Shown here: positions 1 to 14,174 of the stretch, in pieces
Numbering within the stretch: position 1 is the first letter of the stretch
Layout of the letters: every line of letters starts with the position of its first letter
Assembly: GCF_963676685.1 (NCBI RefSeq)
Contig: NC_092348.1
Coordinates: 46,872,001 to 46,936,000 of the forward strand
Reading direction: 5' to 3'
DNA: 64,000 nt
Origin: Mytilus edulis
Taxonomy: Eukaryota
Program-made: the position numbers and the translations under genes
The notes under the pieces: model-generated
The model's database searches: none
Told to the model about the DNA's origin: nothing
Seen by the model: only the letters and a program-made list of their open reading frames with translations

Positions 1-230
1 TGATTCAGGTATCTTACATTACAAACATATATTGATACCACGGTAATACATTGATAATACTGCCTTGTTAAAAATACCTTATTGTCAAAGAATGCAGCAA
101 AGGTTCTATCGTCGACGGCCAAAGCAAAAATCGTGATGATAACGCATGCAATTCCGGAAATTGACCGTCTCCAAAAATATTAAATTCTAAAATAGGGTTA
201 TCGTCCTTTTCGCGCCAGACGACTATTTAA

Positions 231-665
231 GGTGGCACGGTAGTATTTCCTGGCCCATAGGGATAATGATAGCCTTTTTAGAATTTTCACCACTTTCTAA
301 CACTGCAAAAAAATCTACATTCACACTTAACTGAAGTACTTTCATTTTACTATTCAGAAATGAATTTGAATATGTATCATGACCGTTTACTTTTTTTGCT
401 ATTTTTAGAAACCTAAGGCCACTAGTAGTTTTAGGTCTTTTATGGTGCAGTGAATACAAAATTTAAACAATTCTCAAAAATTCATTTTCATCTGTATGTA
501 AAATTATTTCATATTTTTCTACACCTGATTCATCCCTCAGTTTGGGAAAGTATGTTCAGTTGATACTGTATTTTTTGTCCAATCACACTGTTTAGATACA
601 TTTACCGAAGTAGGGTACACAAAAGAGCAACCTAAATTCTGGAATGCAAATACTACCGTGCCACC
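231..665. mobile_element. Kolobok-like MITE
   Basis: 18 bp perfect TIR ggtggcacggtagtattt / aaatactaccgtgccacc; flanks ttaa / tgaa (degenerate TTAA); GG..CC ends. Confidence 0.72.
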
Positions 666-680
666 TGAAAAGTCTACCTC

Positions 681-1157
681 ATTTATTAAATAAGAAATCG
701 TTATTTTGAAAAGTTGGCTAAAAATATAAATTTACCCCCGAATTTTGTAAAACTATTATTTGGTGTTATTTTAATGCTAAAAAAAATTATGATAAATAAA
801 TAATTATATGATGTAATGCCATTTAATCGGTCCGTTTTCATTGCAATTTGGTAACTGTTAATTGTATATATCAGTCTGAGTACTCTTTAACTATCATTTA
901 AGTTGAACATATTTAGACTCGTCCAATTCAGGGGAATTAGGTTTCTGCAAATTCTTTTTATGTACTTTTCTTATATTTTTGACGGTTTGTAAGTCAGTAA
1001 AAGTTCAATGATTAAGTTAATATTGACATTAAAAGACCTCCTCACAAAAAGGGCTGTTCAAATCCCATCGCCTTCGGGCTCGGGGATCTAAACACCCCTT
1101 TTTGTTCGGAGGTCTTTTAATATCAATATTAACTTATCACTGAACTTTTACTATTAC
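681..1157. mobile_element. Interspersed repeat ending in a roughly 70 bp-arm hairpin (996-1152)
   Basis: Second copy at 62430-62844; arms agtaaaagttcaatg...aatccc / gggatc...tgaacttttact. Confidence 0.85.
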
Positions 1158-4100
1158 TTATGTTTTAGTTTTAACGTCTTTGATAGCATTTTATTGCATT
1201 CGGTTATTATTGTATGTCTATTGAAATATGAAATATGGTCATTTTCTGTTTTCAACTGTTTTGTCTGTTAACTAATATGTTAACACTGCTGATGAGTTCC
1301 ATTGCATATGATAATTTTTTTACCAGTGTAAAAGGGACAAAACTCATAATGAAAGAAAAAAACACGCTTAACTAATTTATCGCATTTTGATTTCATACAC
1401 TTATTTAAGAAAGAACGATAATCGTATGTCCAATTTAATCATAAAATGTATAGATGATCAGAGTTGTTTACCTTTGAACAATTCGGATAAAATAATGAAA
1501 TCAAATAAATTGTCGTATATACTTATCTTTCATTTTTAAGTTGAAGCGATCTTAATAAGCAAATACACTGTACAGATCATTTCAAAAAAATGATTTAAAC
1601 ATAGTACTGTTCACCTAAATTTAAGACATAATTTCTCAGAAAAAAAAGGTTTATAGAACTTGCATGATAATGTGGACCTGTTCAACTAATAGTGAATTTA
1701 GGTATTGTGTCCAGCGAACTACATCACTACCATTTTAGAGTATGTTTATAGAATATTTTCACCGTTGCTTGATTTTTTTGTTTAAATAAAATTGAGAATG
1801 TAAATGGGGAATGTGTCAAAGAGACAACAACCCGACCAAAGAGCAGAAAACACTTTTTATAAATTATATTTGCAACGAGATTGAAAATAATTGCATTTTA
1901 ACATATCGCAATTGTAGAAAATGTTACCTTTAAAACTGTCGCAATCATCTTTTATTAAATAGTATTTCGAATTTATTTTGGTTTTCGATTAAGATATTCT
2001 ACATGTATCGAATGCTTTCAGCATAGTTTAAAACAACCTACATATAAGCGGTCGGTCCTTTATAAAAGTATTTATGATACATTTTTTATACGGCAATTGT
2101 TCGGGGTTCAACCAAAGATATTATCTACAAAAAAATACTGAGAGGCTATTACAAAAAAATTAGCGCACAGAAAGATATATATTTTTGGGGGTTTTCTATA
2201 AGAGAAAAGAATTTGAATGGTACTACAATTTAAAACTTTAATTCATTTTACGAAAGCAATCAACACGAGACAATAAACATTTAACAAACACAAATAAATC
2301 GTTTAGAAGTACTTTTTTACAACGACACTTTAATATTCATAATTTAACATTTATATAGGTACTTATAATTGATATCATGACACAATAAAACGGTTAAAAT
2401 CGTATGTTAAGCAGACATTTTTGTTTATAGCAATCAATAGTATATGACAATGTTGACTGTTGAAAACAAACCAAGGTACATGTGAAACAAACATAACTAA
2501 ATTTCACAAACAATAAAAGAAAATTCAAAAGAGTCAAAAGATGTTATGATAGTTTTATCCATATATTAGTTAATTATCGACGATTACATGCTTGTAATAA
2601 TGTTGAGAAAAGATGCAATAACATAATTGAATTATTAGAATAATTTGATATAATGTTTTACAAGTATACTAAATGCAGTAAATTATTCATTTTTTATTGG
2701 AATATTTCAAAACATTTGACAACGATACGCCATGTCCGTGTAGTACGAGCGCTTCGATTAACAAGCCTCTGATGTAAATACAAATATCTATATAATAATA
2801 ATTACGGTTTTCTATTTATGAATCTGATTTTCATTTTTCGTCTACATTTTTTTTAATTCGCAAAGTTTAACAGATTATGTTAAGTAAATAAATGATAACG
2901 AAAACGCAAACATTAACTTAAGTAATATGCAGATTAAAAATTCCTAAATTGCACGAGTAATAAAACAGTACCGGAATCGAGACATATGCTTTACAACTGT
3001 TACAAGAGATACTAATGAGCCGAGTTAGTACAACTTATTAAAGGTTTATGGGTGTATTTCCATAAATAGTTTAACAAAAAACTTACAATAAACACAAATC
3101 TCGATGAGCAATAACAGGCTAGAAAAAGGGAAAACCATTATGAATATGTTTTCTTAAAATGCAATGTTACTTGTTTTGTGCTACACAAATGATAAAAGTG
3201 AAAGAATGAGTAGTTTTGGTGAACAAAAATTAATTATAAATACATATTATCCATTTATTTTGAAAATGAATGTATGTCAAGCTCTTACAGGTGACATGCA
3301 GCATTATCATGTTTCAAATATTTCTATATTCAAAACATAGGCAATCGAAGATTAATCAACTGATTGTCAACATATTATGTAACAAATTTACGACACACCT
3401 TTTATATAAGGATAACCAAGGGTTATATAAAACTAACACTATGATTTACATAATATTTGTCTTCAATGTATGATGCTAATGTTAGATCGGTACAATGCTA
3501 GATTTTGTTTTGCCCTTAAACTAAACTGTACAAAATATTCGACTTAAATTTCAATCTTATTATATCGACATATTCGAAGATGGTGTTTTAATGACCTTGA
3601 CAGGCTATAAAGCCCACGCACGGTCGGTATCGCCATAATTATCACACTTCTTGGTAATTTGTGTTATGATTCCTCTTGAGGATATCGATATTTGTCCCAC
3701 TTAAGATGAAGAACAAGACTTTATGACAATATTCTATAGATTAAGGGTAATATCGCTTTAAACAAAAGTTTAAATAAATATTAAAAAGACTCAGTTTTAA
3801 GATTTAAAAAAAATATATTATGAAAATATTTTAAAAATACTCTTCGATAAAGCATATTTATTTGATAATCCGTTTAACAAGAGCAAATTAATCAACCAAT
3901 TTACATGTGGCTGCGAAATCACCTTTATAACCAAAAATATGCAGATCAGACATATTTTGACTTTATTTAATGACTACGTTAGTTTGTGATTAATTGTAAT
4001 TGATATATTCAAATGAGACTGAAAAATGTTTTTTTTTAATCAGATTAACAACATTTTTACCTGGCGTAGCCGTGCGTAAATTACATTTCAGCATTTCTCT

Positions 4101-5080
4101 TCGAAAAATGACTTGTTTAATGGATAAAACGTCTTATTCGTAAACTTTCTCTTTTTTCTTCGCAATAGGCTTTTGAAAAATAATATATCTACTGTGTATG
4201 TGTAAAATTTAGTGAAAACAGAGGAATTACCGATTCTTACCTTTCAAACCTTTACTTTCATTGATAAAACATAGTACTGACCCGTCCAGTGTCAAGTTTG
4301 AAGGTCATTAAAATTACTGTACACATTCATGCACGTTCTGATTTATTCAATAGTCATATATAAAAAGCATAAAGGTATAACGGTAAACTAATAACAACTG
4401 AATCCAATTGCATAAATTGCATACGATTCAATAACAATGGCCAGTCCATATCATAACAAGTAATAGGGATAAACGGGGTTGGAAGAGTATGTCAGATATT
4501 TTAAGTTCATTATTTAACAATAACGAATAAAAATTTATTAACCAAAAGTTTTGCTATAATATCAAAAATATGTCGTTCTGTATTGGTATAGTTTTTGGAT
4601 CTTTCATTTGCGTAACGGTAATTAGGGCAAATAGAAAAGTTTGGGTTTTAAAAGTCTACATAATTATTGATTTTGTACAAAACATTTGCCCTTTTAAAAC
4701 ATTAAATGATTCACAAGTGATAAGCGACTCATTTCTTAAAACACTGCAACGAATTTCATTCTTATTGATAAAGTGGTATTGGCATCAAGTGCGTTGGAAC
4801 GAACAGTGGTATAGCAAACATCGAATTCCCTCACAAAATGATATAACACACTATAGTGTATGGTACACCATGTGTGATATTGCTTGCAACTGAGACGCAC
4901 GTGACATGTTTCAATTTATCATCATTAATTTTTAATAACATTGATCTGTTTGGTACATATTGTACTCTATATAATTAGGTTCTACCAGGATGTAAAACAT
5001 CATTTGATAAAAAAATCACTTTACCTGTTACCTTTTCAACTTGTTCGAACAGATTTTTCGCATTCTATAAACATGATAAA

Positions 5081-5141
5081 ATGACAATTGATTATAGTGA
5101 ACTATGTTTATTTTATACTTCATTTACCTCTTTTTTTTTTG
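5081..5141 (+). other. Paralogous leader exon MTIDYSELCLFYTSFTSFFF(G): alternative first exon or relic of a duplicate gene
   Basis: Same 61 nt length, aaaATGAC start and G|GTAAGTTTA donor as exon 1; upstream cactttacctgttac motif shared with about 14565. Confidence 0.6.
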
Positions 5142-6643
5142 GTAAGTTTACAGATTTAATCTTTAATTTTGCTTAATGCTAAAGGTACTTAATAAATGAC
5201 TGCACAGTAATGCGTTTATTACAAGTAAATTAAACTTGAAAGAGTCTAAAGCCGAAATGGAACCATTGCGTAATAATAATTTCGAAATAATGACTGAATA
5301 TTTTCTTTCTTACAAAAATGTATATGGTGAAAACCAAAGCAATCCCCAGAGTGACTTGAATTCGATACAATGATAGGAAAATACTTTGTAGTTTTAGCGG
5401 TTTATTTTATAAGGTTTTTTAGCACCAAGCACAATGTTCATGTAAAATTATAATACAGTTTTGTTTTTCTTCTCGATTGCTGTTCTTTGTTTTAATATTT
5501 CTTGATGACAGCTCAGTAAGTAGTAAAAAGACGCCTGTATTTGTAAACAAGTGATGTTTATCTATGATCTTTGTTCGGAAGTCACTTCTTCGTATTATAC
5601 TTGAAAATATACAGTTTATAGGTGAAAGTGAAAAAAGTAACTGTAATAACAATGCTTGAATACGTTCGTTTATTTTGAATATATTCTGCATAAATGTATG
5701 AATAAATTTCAAATAGAAAAATGGTTCAATTTCTATTCTGGTTCAACAATGAAATATGGAAACAGTAACTAATTGATTGCATTGTTGAGAGTGTTTTCTG
5801 TCATTAACATGATTTGAATTTATCCTGTAAAATAAACACTGAAACAGATCCATCTAAGTTCACTCTGCATAACACGCATAAGTAAGTTAAACCTTGGTTT
5901 TGTTTTTCCATTTGTATGTAGCATCAATTTGTCAGCTCCTGCATATGGAGTATAAAACAATCAGTAGGTACGATAGTACTGACCCTGAAAATCCTATCAA
6001 CAATTCCTTAATGGAGGTTTTACCTTCGAAAATTGAAAAACTCCATATTGAGTTGGTTAATAATGAGTGCAACACATGGAGCAGTATATTTAGACTTCAG
6101 GAGCTTATGAGTATATAGGCTTATGTTGCTTTATGTACACTGTTACTTGTCTTTTTTGTTTTTACTATGGCTAAGTCACTTTTGTCTTCCACTGTTGAAA
6201 ATGTAATACAATATTTCTGGGGTATCTTCAGATTCCTTCTTTTTTAGAATGGGATGATATTACAATGCAGTGATCTTACATATTGCAGAGGGGTAATGCG
6301 ATCCCGCTCCATATTTGCATTTGCTTTTACCTTTCAATGTTTTGATTGGATTGCCAATAATCTGTTTAATGTAAATAAAATGCGCAATTATGTGTTGTCG
6401 GTCGTACTTTCATGAAGTGTGTTTCTCTTAATATGCACTAGGTTTGAAAAATTGGTTATAGGCGAAATCCTAGGCATGAATTGTATGTGTGAGTTGGTAC
6501 AGGCACATGATAAACAAAGTCAGTAATTTAATCTTTCTTTGTGGACTACATGTATTTCAAATCTCATATTTCGGTTCATATACAAGATAACAGAACGGAT
6601 ATTCTGTTTCCATAAAGCTAATTAATTGTACTACTGGTGTGGT

Positions 6644-6990
6644 GTACTTCACTCTGTGTTGACTATGTAAGCGACTCTGGCTCTTTAGATCATTTAATGT
6701 CATATTTATATAATACTGTTGTGTTTAACATTGACTATGTGAAAAAAGTAGCCAGGGTGAGAGACAATAGTGCACGACCCGAAGGTACTTCACTCTGTGT
6801 TGACTATGTAAGCGACTCTGGCTCTTTAGATCATTTAATGTCATATTTATATAATAATGTTGTGTTTAACATTGACTATGTGAAAAAAGTAGCCAGGGTG
6901 AGAGACAATAGTGCACGACCCGAAGGTGAGTGCACTATTGTCTCAAACCCTGGCTACTATTTTCCATAGTCAATGTTAAACAAAACATTA
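6644..6990. repeat. 141 bp tandem duplication followed by a roughly 60 bp-arm hairpin (6857-6990)
   Basis: Units start at 6644 and 6785; arms ...gagacaatagtgcac / gtgcactattgtctc...; loop gacccgaaggtga. Confidence 0.92.
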
Positions 6991-7538
6991 ATATCATTAT
7001 TATACTGACGGTTTACTATTTTGAATAGTGACAATAGTGTATTTCAATGTAAAAAAAAGCCTTTAAACCCCCGGATACAAAAACAAATAAATAAAAAAAA
7101 CGTAGACAAGTATGCTTTTATTCTTTTTTAATGCTGAACATATTTTATACATGTTCATAAATAACATTCAAAGATACTTATAAATTAATTTCTAGTACAA
7201 AAAAGTCCCAATGAATTTGACTTCATCATTCTTCAATAGAAAAAACAGAGCACGCATGAAAAAAAGACCAACCGCCAGTCAATTCAGTCTTCTAAAAAAA
7301 TCAAAGCAAACAAATTCTTAAAACTAGTTTGAACACTTACCATATGACATGTACCATGCTTACCTCACTAAACCTAATCACCATACTAAACCCAATATAA
7401 ACCCTGATATTTCAAAATACGATGGTATGAATTTTCTTCCTGGTTTTGAAAGAACGATTCTTTTTATAGACATGAACGCGGCTGTCAAAGAAAGCACCCA
7501 TAATCGTAAGTTTACCTTACGTTTACGTTACGTTTCGA

Positions 7539-10500
7539 ATGTTATTTCGAATAGACAGAAAATATATAACAGTCATTCCTATAATTTTATTCTAAAATCC
7601 ATTTTTAAACCGGAGTAAATCATAAAAAACGTTGATGACGCCACTGCCACATGACAAAATTATGTCTATAAAATAAAATATTGCAGAAGATAAAACTTTT
7701 TTTAAATACACTGATCTTCCCTTATTAATGCAGCCTTATCATTTGCATCGATATATTCCATGCTTGAATATGTAGATAAAGAAAAATCATATCAAGAAGT
7801 ATCAATTGTAAATTTACTCGTTAATTATATATATAGAATTAAAACGAATAATTTCAGATATCATAAAGAAAGTGCATAAATAGGTATGTATTCGTTAATA
7901 TCATAGGTTTAGACAAGATACTTGTGTGTTTCCATTTATGGGTTTACATTTTTTTTAAAGAAAAGAAGACATAGCCATATATTGCCTCAATCCAGTTGAA
8001 AATAATGAAACCCATACTGTAAGACATAGGCAGCCGAAAATTAAAGGTGATTTCACATGTTGACGAATAATCTCATTCTACGTTCTCTTTCAACTGTACA
8101 GTTAGTAAGTTCAGAGTTCGAAATAAGTATATTTCAGGTCTGTACAGAACAGGAGCTGAATACTATCAAAAACACCTCAAAAATAGATGATTTTGCTTTT
8201 TGTGTGTTTTCGCTATGAAATGTTGGAACTATTTTTTTTAATAAAATGGTAGGTTAACCTGAGTTTTAAGGCTTGATTAACCTTATATGCCGGTTGTATG
8301 GTTCCGTTATATAGACAAAAAAGTAAGATTATGGATCGGATGTTCGATTTTTCAAATATTTTGGCTTCCAGGAATAATTTGACAGGCATTTAGACATTTA
8401 TTTTTTAAATGAGAATCTGACACAGTAATATGGGAATCGTTCATGAAACCAGTACCACTGGGTCGATGCCTCGGTACGATTGTTTGTCTCTGAGGGTATC
8501 TCCAGCCATGTGACTAGTACTTCGGTACTAATATGAAAATACGGATTTTGTTATATGGTATTGCTGGCATCTCATTTTGTAAATAATTAAAAATTCGTTG
8601 CGGTATTTCCCTCATGTATATCTCTTTTCCTTGTCCGGGTTCGGCCTATGTTCCCTTTTTTTCTTTTCTTTTTCAATTGAATTTAATTTGGGAATTTAAA
8701 TTATTATGTCTCTTAGCACCACTGAACATGCTGAAGATACATTTATTATAAAAATGTGTATCTCTTCCAGTAAAATTGGAATTATTTCTGTTTCCTCCTA
8801 CTTAGGCGATACCTCGACTTGAAGAAGTTAGATCCCGAGGGTACCACCAGCCCTGTAGTTAGAACTTCAGTACTGCATAAAAAAACGCATATTGTTTTAT
8901 TGAAATCATTGATAATTTTACATACAAACAGATAACTATTACTAGAAACATTTACTGATGAATAATATATTAATAACGCTGATGAAAAAGTATTATAATG
9001 CAACATTGTTTGTAAATTTCATTTTGATTGGATAACAACAATATTTTTATGGCATCAATTCACAATTTGATGCTTTAAAAACGTACGCGCAAGCGCAGCC
9101 GACGTATGAAAGATTTTAAAATGAGGTTTTCTGTGAGTTACATTAGAATAAATATAACAATATTGTATTTTACACTTGTACGGCATCAATTGGTGATTTG
9201 ATGGTTGCAAGTACGCGTTTACTGGATCCGCTAACACGTCATAAGTAAACATAATTTTCGAACATCAAATTAAAAATTGATTCCGTTTGAGCTTAAAATA
9301 CAATACAGTTATTTCCAAAAGAAAGTATATATTTAGTTCTTGTATAAAAACCAAATAATTACCCAAATAATCTAAAAATGATTTCAAATTCCATTCGCCA
9401 GTATCGATTTTGAATACAGTCATTTGAATAAAACAAATATATAACATGCATTTATCATGTTTGGTATTGACTATAGTTTTGATTTGCTTCAAACATGAAA
9501 GGCGTAGCATTAATTATTATACTGAAACTGATCTAAAATATCTTCACATATCTATGTCTGTATTCGCTATTGGAACGTCGACAAAATTCTGAAAAAAATT
9601 ATTGTGTTTTTTCTTGATCAGTACATAATAACCGATTGAGACCAAAGTTTAGGTTCTGGTGTATACGAATAATATAAAGAATTATTTTCATTTATCACTT
9701 TCCAAGAATCTTAAACATTTAACACCATGTTGAATCAGATTGTTTTTCCAAATAATTTTTTTCAAATTTCCTTAAGCATAATATCGACTTAAAATGGACT
9801 ATTGCTTTGTGATTATTATGAAGAAATGGGAAGTGCAATATATTCTATGAGCCCTTTCGAACAAAATCTATTTTAGGGCATGTTGATCATAATGATCATC
9901 GTTCAGTCATACATCAAAATACATCAACTACTCACTTTCAAAAATCTGACATCTAGTAATTGGACTTTTTTAAATTCATAATTAATGAATTTATTATTAT
10001 TCAACTAAAAGAATGACTGTAATATTTTTCCTGTCTATGAAGAAATTACATCACAAATATGGTGCACACTGAATAACCCGCATAGCGTGTCATTTCAAAG
10101 TGTACACCACATTTTTATGTTATTTCGAATAGACAGAAAATATATAACAGTCATTCCTATAATTAAATTCTAAAATCCATTTTTAAACCGGAGTAAATCA
10201 TAAAAAACGTTGATGACGTAACTGTCTATGTCTATGGGCTGATAAACTAAACGTTGTTAGCCAAGCAGAAGATGCATTACATCCAAAATAAAAAATATTG
10301 CAGAAGATAAAACTTTTTTTAAATACACTGATCTTCCCTTATTAATGCAGCCTTATCATTTGCATCGATATACTACCATGCTTGAATGTGTAGATAAAAA
10401 AAATCATATCAAAAAGTATCAATTGTAAATTTACTCGTTAATTATATATATCGAATTAAAACGAATAATTTCAGATATCATAAAGAAAGTGCATGAATAG

Positions 10501-10822
10501 GTACGTATTCGTTAATATCATAGGTTTCGACAAGATACTTGTGTGCTTCCATTTATGTGTTTACATTTTTTTTTACAGAAAAGAAGACATAGCCATATAT
10601 TGCCTCAATCCAGTTGAAAATTATGAAACCTATACTGTAAGACATAGGCAGCCGAAAATTAAAGGTGATTTCACATGTTGACAAATAATCTCATTCTACG
10701 TTCTCTTTCAACTGTATAGTTCGAAATAAGTATATTTCAGGTCTGTACAGAACAGGAGCTGAATACTATCAAAAACACCTAAAGAATAGATGATTTTGCT
10801 TTTTGTGTGTTTTCGCTATGAA
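7539..10822 (+). repeat. Local duplication of about 0.7 kb (7539-8219 and 10117-10822); the second copy begins inside a hairpin element (10009-10158)
   Basis: Long near-identical blocks such as aaatacactgatcttcccttattaatgcagcc in both copies. Confidence 0.92.
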
Positions 10823-12888
10823 TGTACTGATTTTGAGTCACGGATAAATACATAAATACCCCATATCCTTTAGTTTTTATTTTTTTGTTATCAATAACAG
10901 AAATTACACATAGAAACCAGTTAAAATATTCTAAAATTATTACTATTCTATGTCATGTGCAGCTTTTGAACCGATACCTGCATCTTGAGATTATCGTGTG
11001 TTAAGGATTTCATTTTTTTATAGAACAGTTCTTTGGAAAATGACATGTTTTTGAATGATCTCTCTGTAAAATGAACAGATTGTCACTACACATATATATT
11101 CAGGTGATACATTTAAAAGATACAATAAGTTTTTATGATATGATAAATTGATCTGATATTTGAAATTTAACATTGATTTTTTTATTAAAAATTTACAAAA
11201 GATACTGAATTTGCCCGATGTATCATTCTTTATTTTCCTCTTAATCTCTTCCCTTGTACACTTACGTTTACCAAAACAGTTTAGAAACTAAAACATCAAT
11301 ACATATTGTCGTAATGGTTATTTCTAAAAGATCTCAATGCATAAGAATAGATAAAAATTTTAAAAAATCCCTCTTCTATTTTTATGCTAATGCCATATTA
11401 TTTAAGGTTTATTCAAAAGAAGAAAAAATATTCTGAGGGGGTAATATAAACCAGAATTGATGTTAAAACAGGCAAATCAATTGTAAAAACGTAAAATAAC
11501 AAACAGGTTTTTTTTTTTTTAAATTACAGAGAAACAAACTGGAATTTTGCACAGCATCAACCCTACCGAAACCATGATTGTCAAAAGATTATAATGAGGG
11601 TAAGAGATGTCTAACCTTGAGTACTTTTTGGAGTCTGTCTATATAATTTCGAGGGTTTGATGTTGGTGTTGTCATTCATTTTTTAAGGAGAAATTGAGGA
11701 GGGTATTGTATTGTTACTACTCACTTCGTTTCATGAAATTATCATCAAAGCAAACAGCCGTAAACATGACCATACTAAAGCAATCATGACCTACAAGTTT
11801 AACAACTGTGCAGTTTTCTTTACATTTAACATACAGTGTTTCAGAGTTTTCGTTTATGTTGACTTTTTCTGTACAAATTGGAATTAAGTAGGATTTAGAA
11901 TCCTCCTAGTACAAATACAAATTCCAATAACTACTTGTTGAAATTGTGATATTTATTTTTGCATTGGGAGAATTCTGAATTGAACAAAATAGTAGGATCC
12001 AATTCTACTCAAACATTTACATTTTTTATAAGTTCATGTAAAGCACTAAATAGTCCTCACTATAATGACGACGGGTAATATAAAAACAACACATTTTATA
12101 AATTTATTGCGTACGAATTGCTTTTTTTCCTTCATCAGGAACGCTCAAATCTGAATATTTGAAATCCATGGCTTTATGAGAAAGTAATCTAATTGCTAAT
12201 CGACGTCTTTTCCCTTATTGTAATTAATTTTACTTTTTTTTTTATTAATTATATCAGGAAAGAATAAATTCTGATTGTTCTTTTTTATCTTTATATTATT
12301 ATTTTGACCGTTAACTGTTAAAATAGTTCTCATTTGTAAAACAAACCCAAACGTAGTAGTTAATATGTTGTTGAAATAAATACAGAAAAAAAACAATATG
12401 AAAGTTTTTGTTTTGTTTTGTTTTGTTTATATCTTTTAACCAATCTAAATAAGGTGTTGGTAACCAGATGCAAATTTGTTGCAGTGCTTTTTTTAACACA
12501 AGAGTCTGGGACCGTCTCGAGGATAAGGTACAAAAATGTATGCAGCGTCACATGACAATTGCTGAGGAAAATTTAATTTTTCCTGTGTGTTTTAAGAAAT
12601 ATTTTGTTAACATAATTATTGTTATTTGTATAACCGTTTAAACGTGGTTTAAAGTTTTAGAAAAGCTTCTTTGGAAAATTATATAAATATTGAACATACC
12701 GCAGTGATATCTCTTCACTGACGTTAATGTGGCAAATATTCCTTGTGAATTTAACAAAACTTGTTTTAAATTCATAGGATTACGCCTATGTATACTATGG
12801 ACTCTCGAGTTGAGTGTAACAGTCCCCGATGAGAAAAGCACACCTTACATTGAATAACAGTGTAGTCTATTTTAAGCAAGGAACAGAG

Positions 12889-13337
12889 ATAGAATGAAAT
12901 TCAAAACAGTGTGGCTGTGGCCATTGATTGACACATTAAATTCATCCATTGACTGGGACAATTTACGTGAACGTGTGTCTTTAACAACCACTGTTCAAGA
13001 CGTACCTACGATAGACATTTTAACTGTGGGGTCACCAAAGGTTTCTTGACGCCTTTAATTATAAAACAATTCGAAAAATTAATCAGGAATAACCTTTATG
13101 TTTTGGTTTATACAATTGATATAAATCAAAACATCGTGTCATTCCTGATTAATTTTTCGAATTACTTTATAAAGGTGTTGAGGACCTTTGGTGACCCCAT
13201 AGTTTAAGTGTCTTTAAAAAGATCATAGTGAGCAGTGGTCGTTACATACAAACGTTCACCTAAATTGTCCAAGTCAATGGATGAATTTAATGTGTCAATC
13301 AATGGCCACAGCCAAACTGTTTTGAATTTCATTCTAT
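12889..13337. mobile_element. Fold-back MITE, 449 bp, almost entirely palindromic
   Basis: atagaatgaaattcaaaacag... / ...ctgttttgaatttcattctat; arms about 210 bp; second copy at 52542-52990. Confidence 0.93.
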
Positions 13338-14174
13338 TTTCTACCTGGGACGCATTTTAAAGCGTGTTTACTTATGACTCGACACATTATGTCGTGTGGT
13401 TTTGTGATATGTTATGCGACATTATGGACAGGATACAAAAGTGACGATAGAAATTGAATAGAATAAGTTTCAATTAAATAAAATAGATACTCGCGAAAAA
13501 AAGCTGTTTTTTTTTTTTTTTAACTCTCTAGATAAAGTAAAGCATTGAACAGATTCGGATGCATTTTTATTCAGTATTTCAATTGTATAATGTTGCATGT
13601 TACTTTTGACGAATATATATGACATTGCTGTGATCATTTGAAATAAAATGTGAAGTAATACTGCGTTTTATGATTATATATATACATTAAAAAAGCAAGT
13701 TAAGTTTGTAAATTGTGAAATTAATTTTATTAGTCTGAAGTCAAGAACGTGAAGAAATGTGACTTAAATAATAACTTATAAAATGAAGCAATGACAAATT
13801 CACTCTATGTAAAATTTTTAACAGATTGCAATGTCTACCTCCACGCATGTGTTCTTCAGACCAAATAAACACCTTTCTTTTGTTCAATTTATTATCCCTA
13901 ATAGAGCGATAAATTTTACTATCAAAATATCTGCATAATTAACCTGATAACATAGGTCGAGATTTTGATTTTTTTCTAATTCTGCTTATAAAGAATGTAT
14001 TGTCTAATAAGACAAAAAAAATAAAGCCAATTCTAGTCTAGTATAACATGAATTTCTAAAAAATATCTAGAATAAGTTCTATTTCTTACAGTTTTTCCGA
14101 AACAAAAAATGATTTAATTGATGACCTAAACGACATAGCGGTAGCAACTTGTGGTTATTGTCATATTGACTTTA

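Noticed and set aside
6637-6969. 110 aa ORF with an internal 47 aa repeat
   Set aside because: It results from the 141 bp tandem duplication of a hairpin element; there is no splice or domain evidence.
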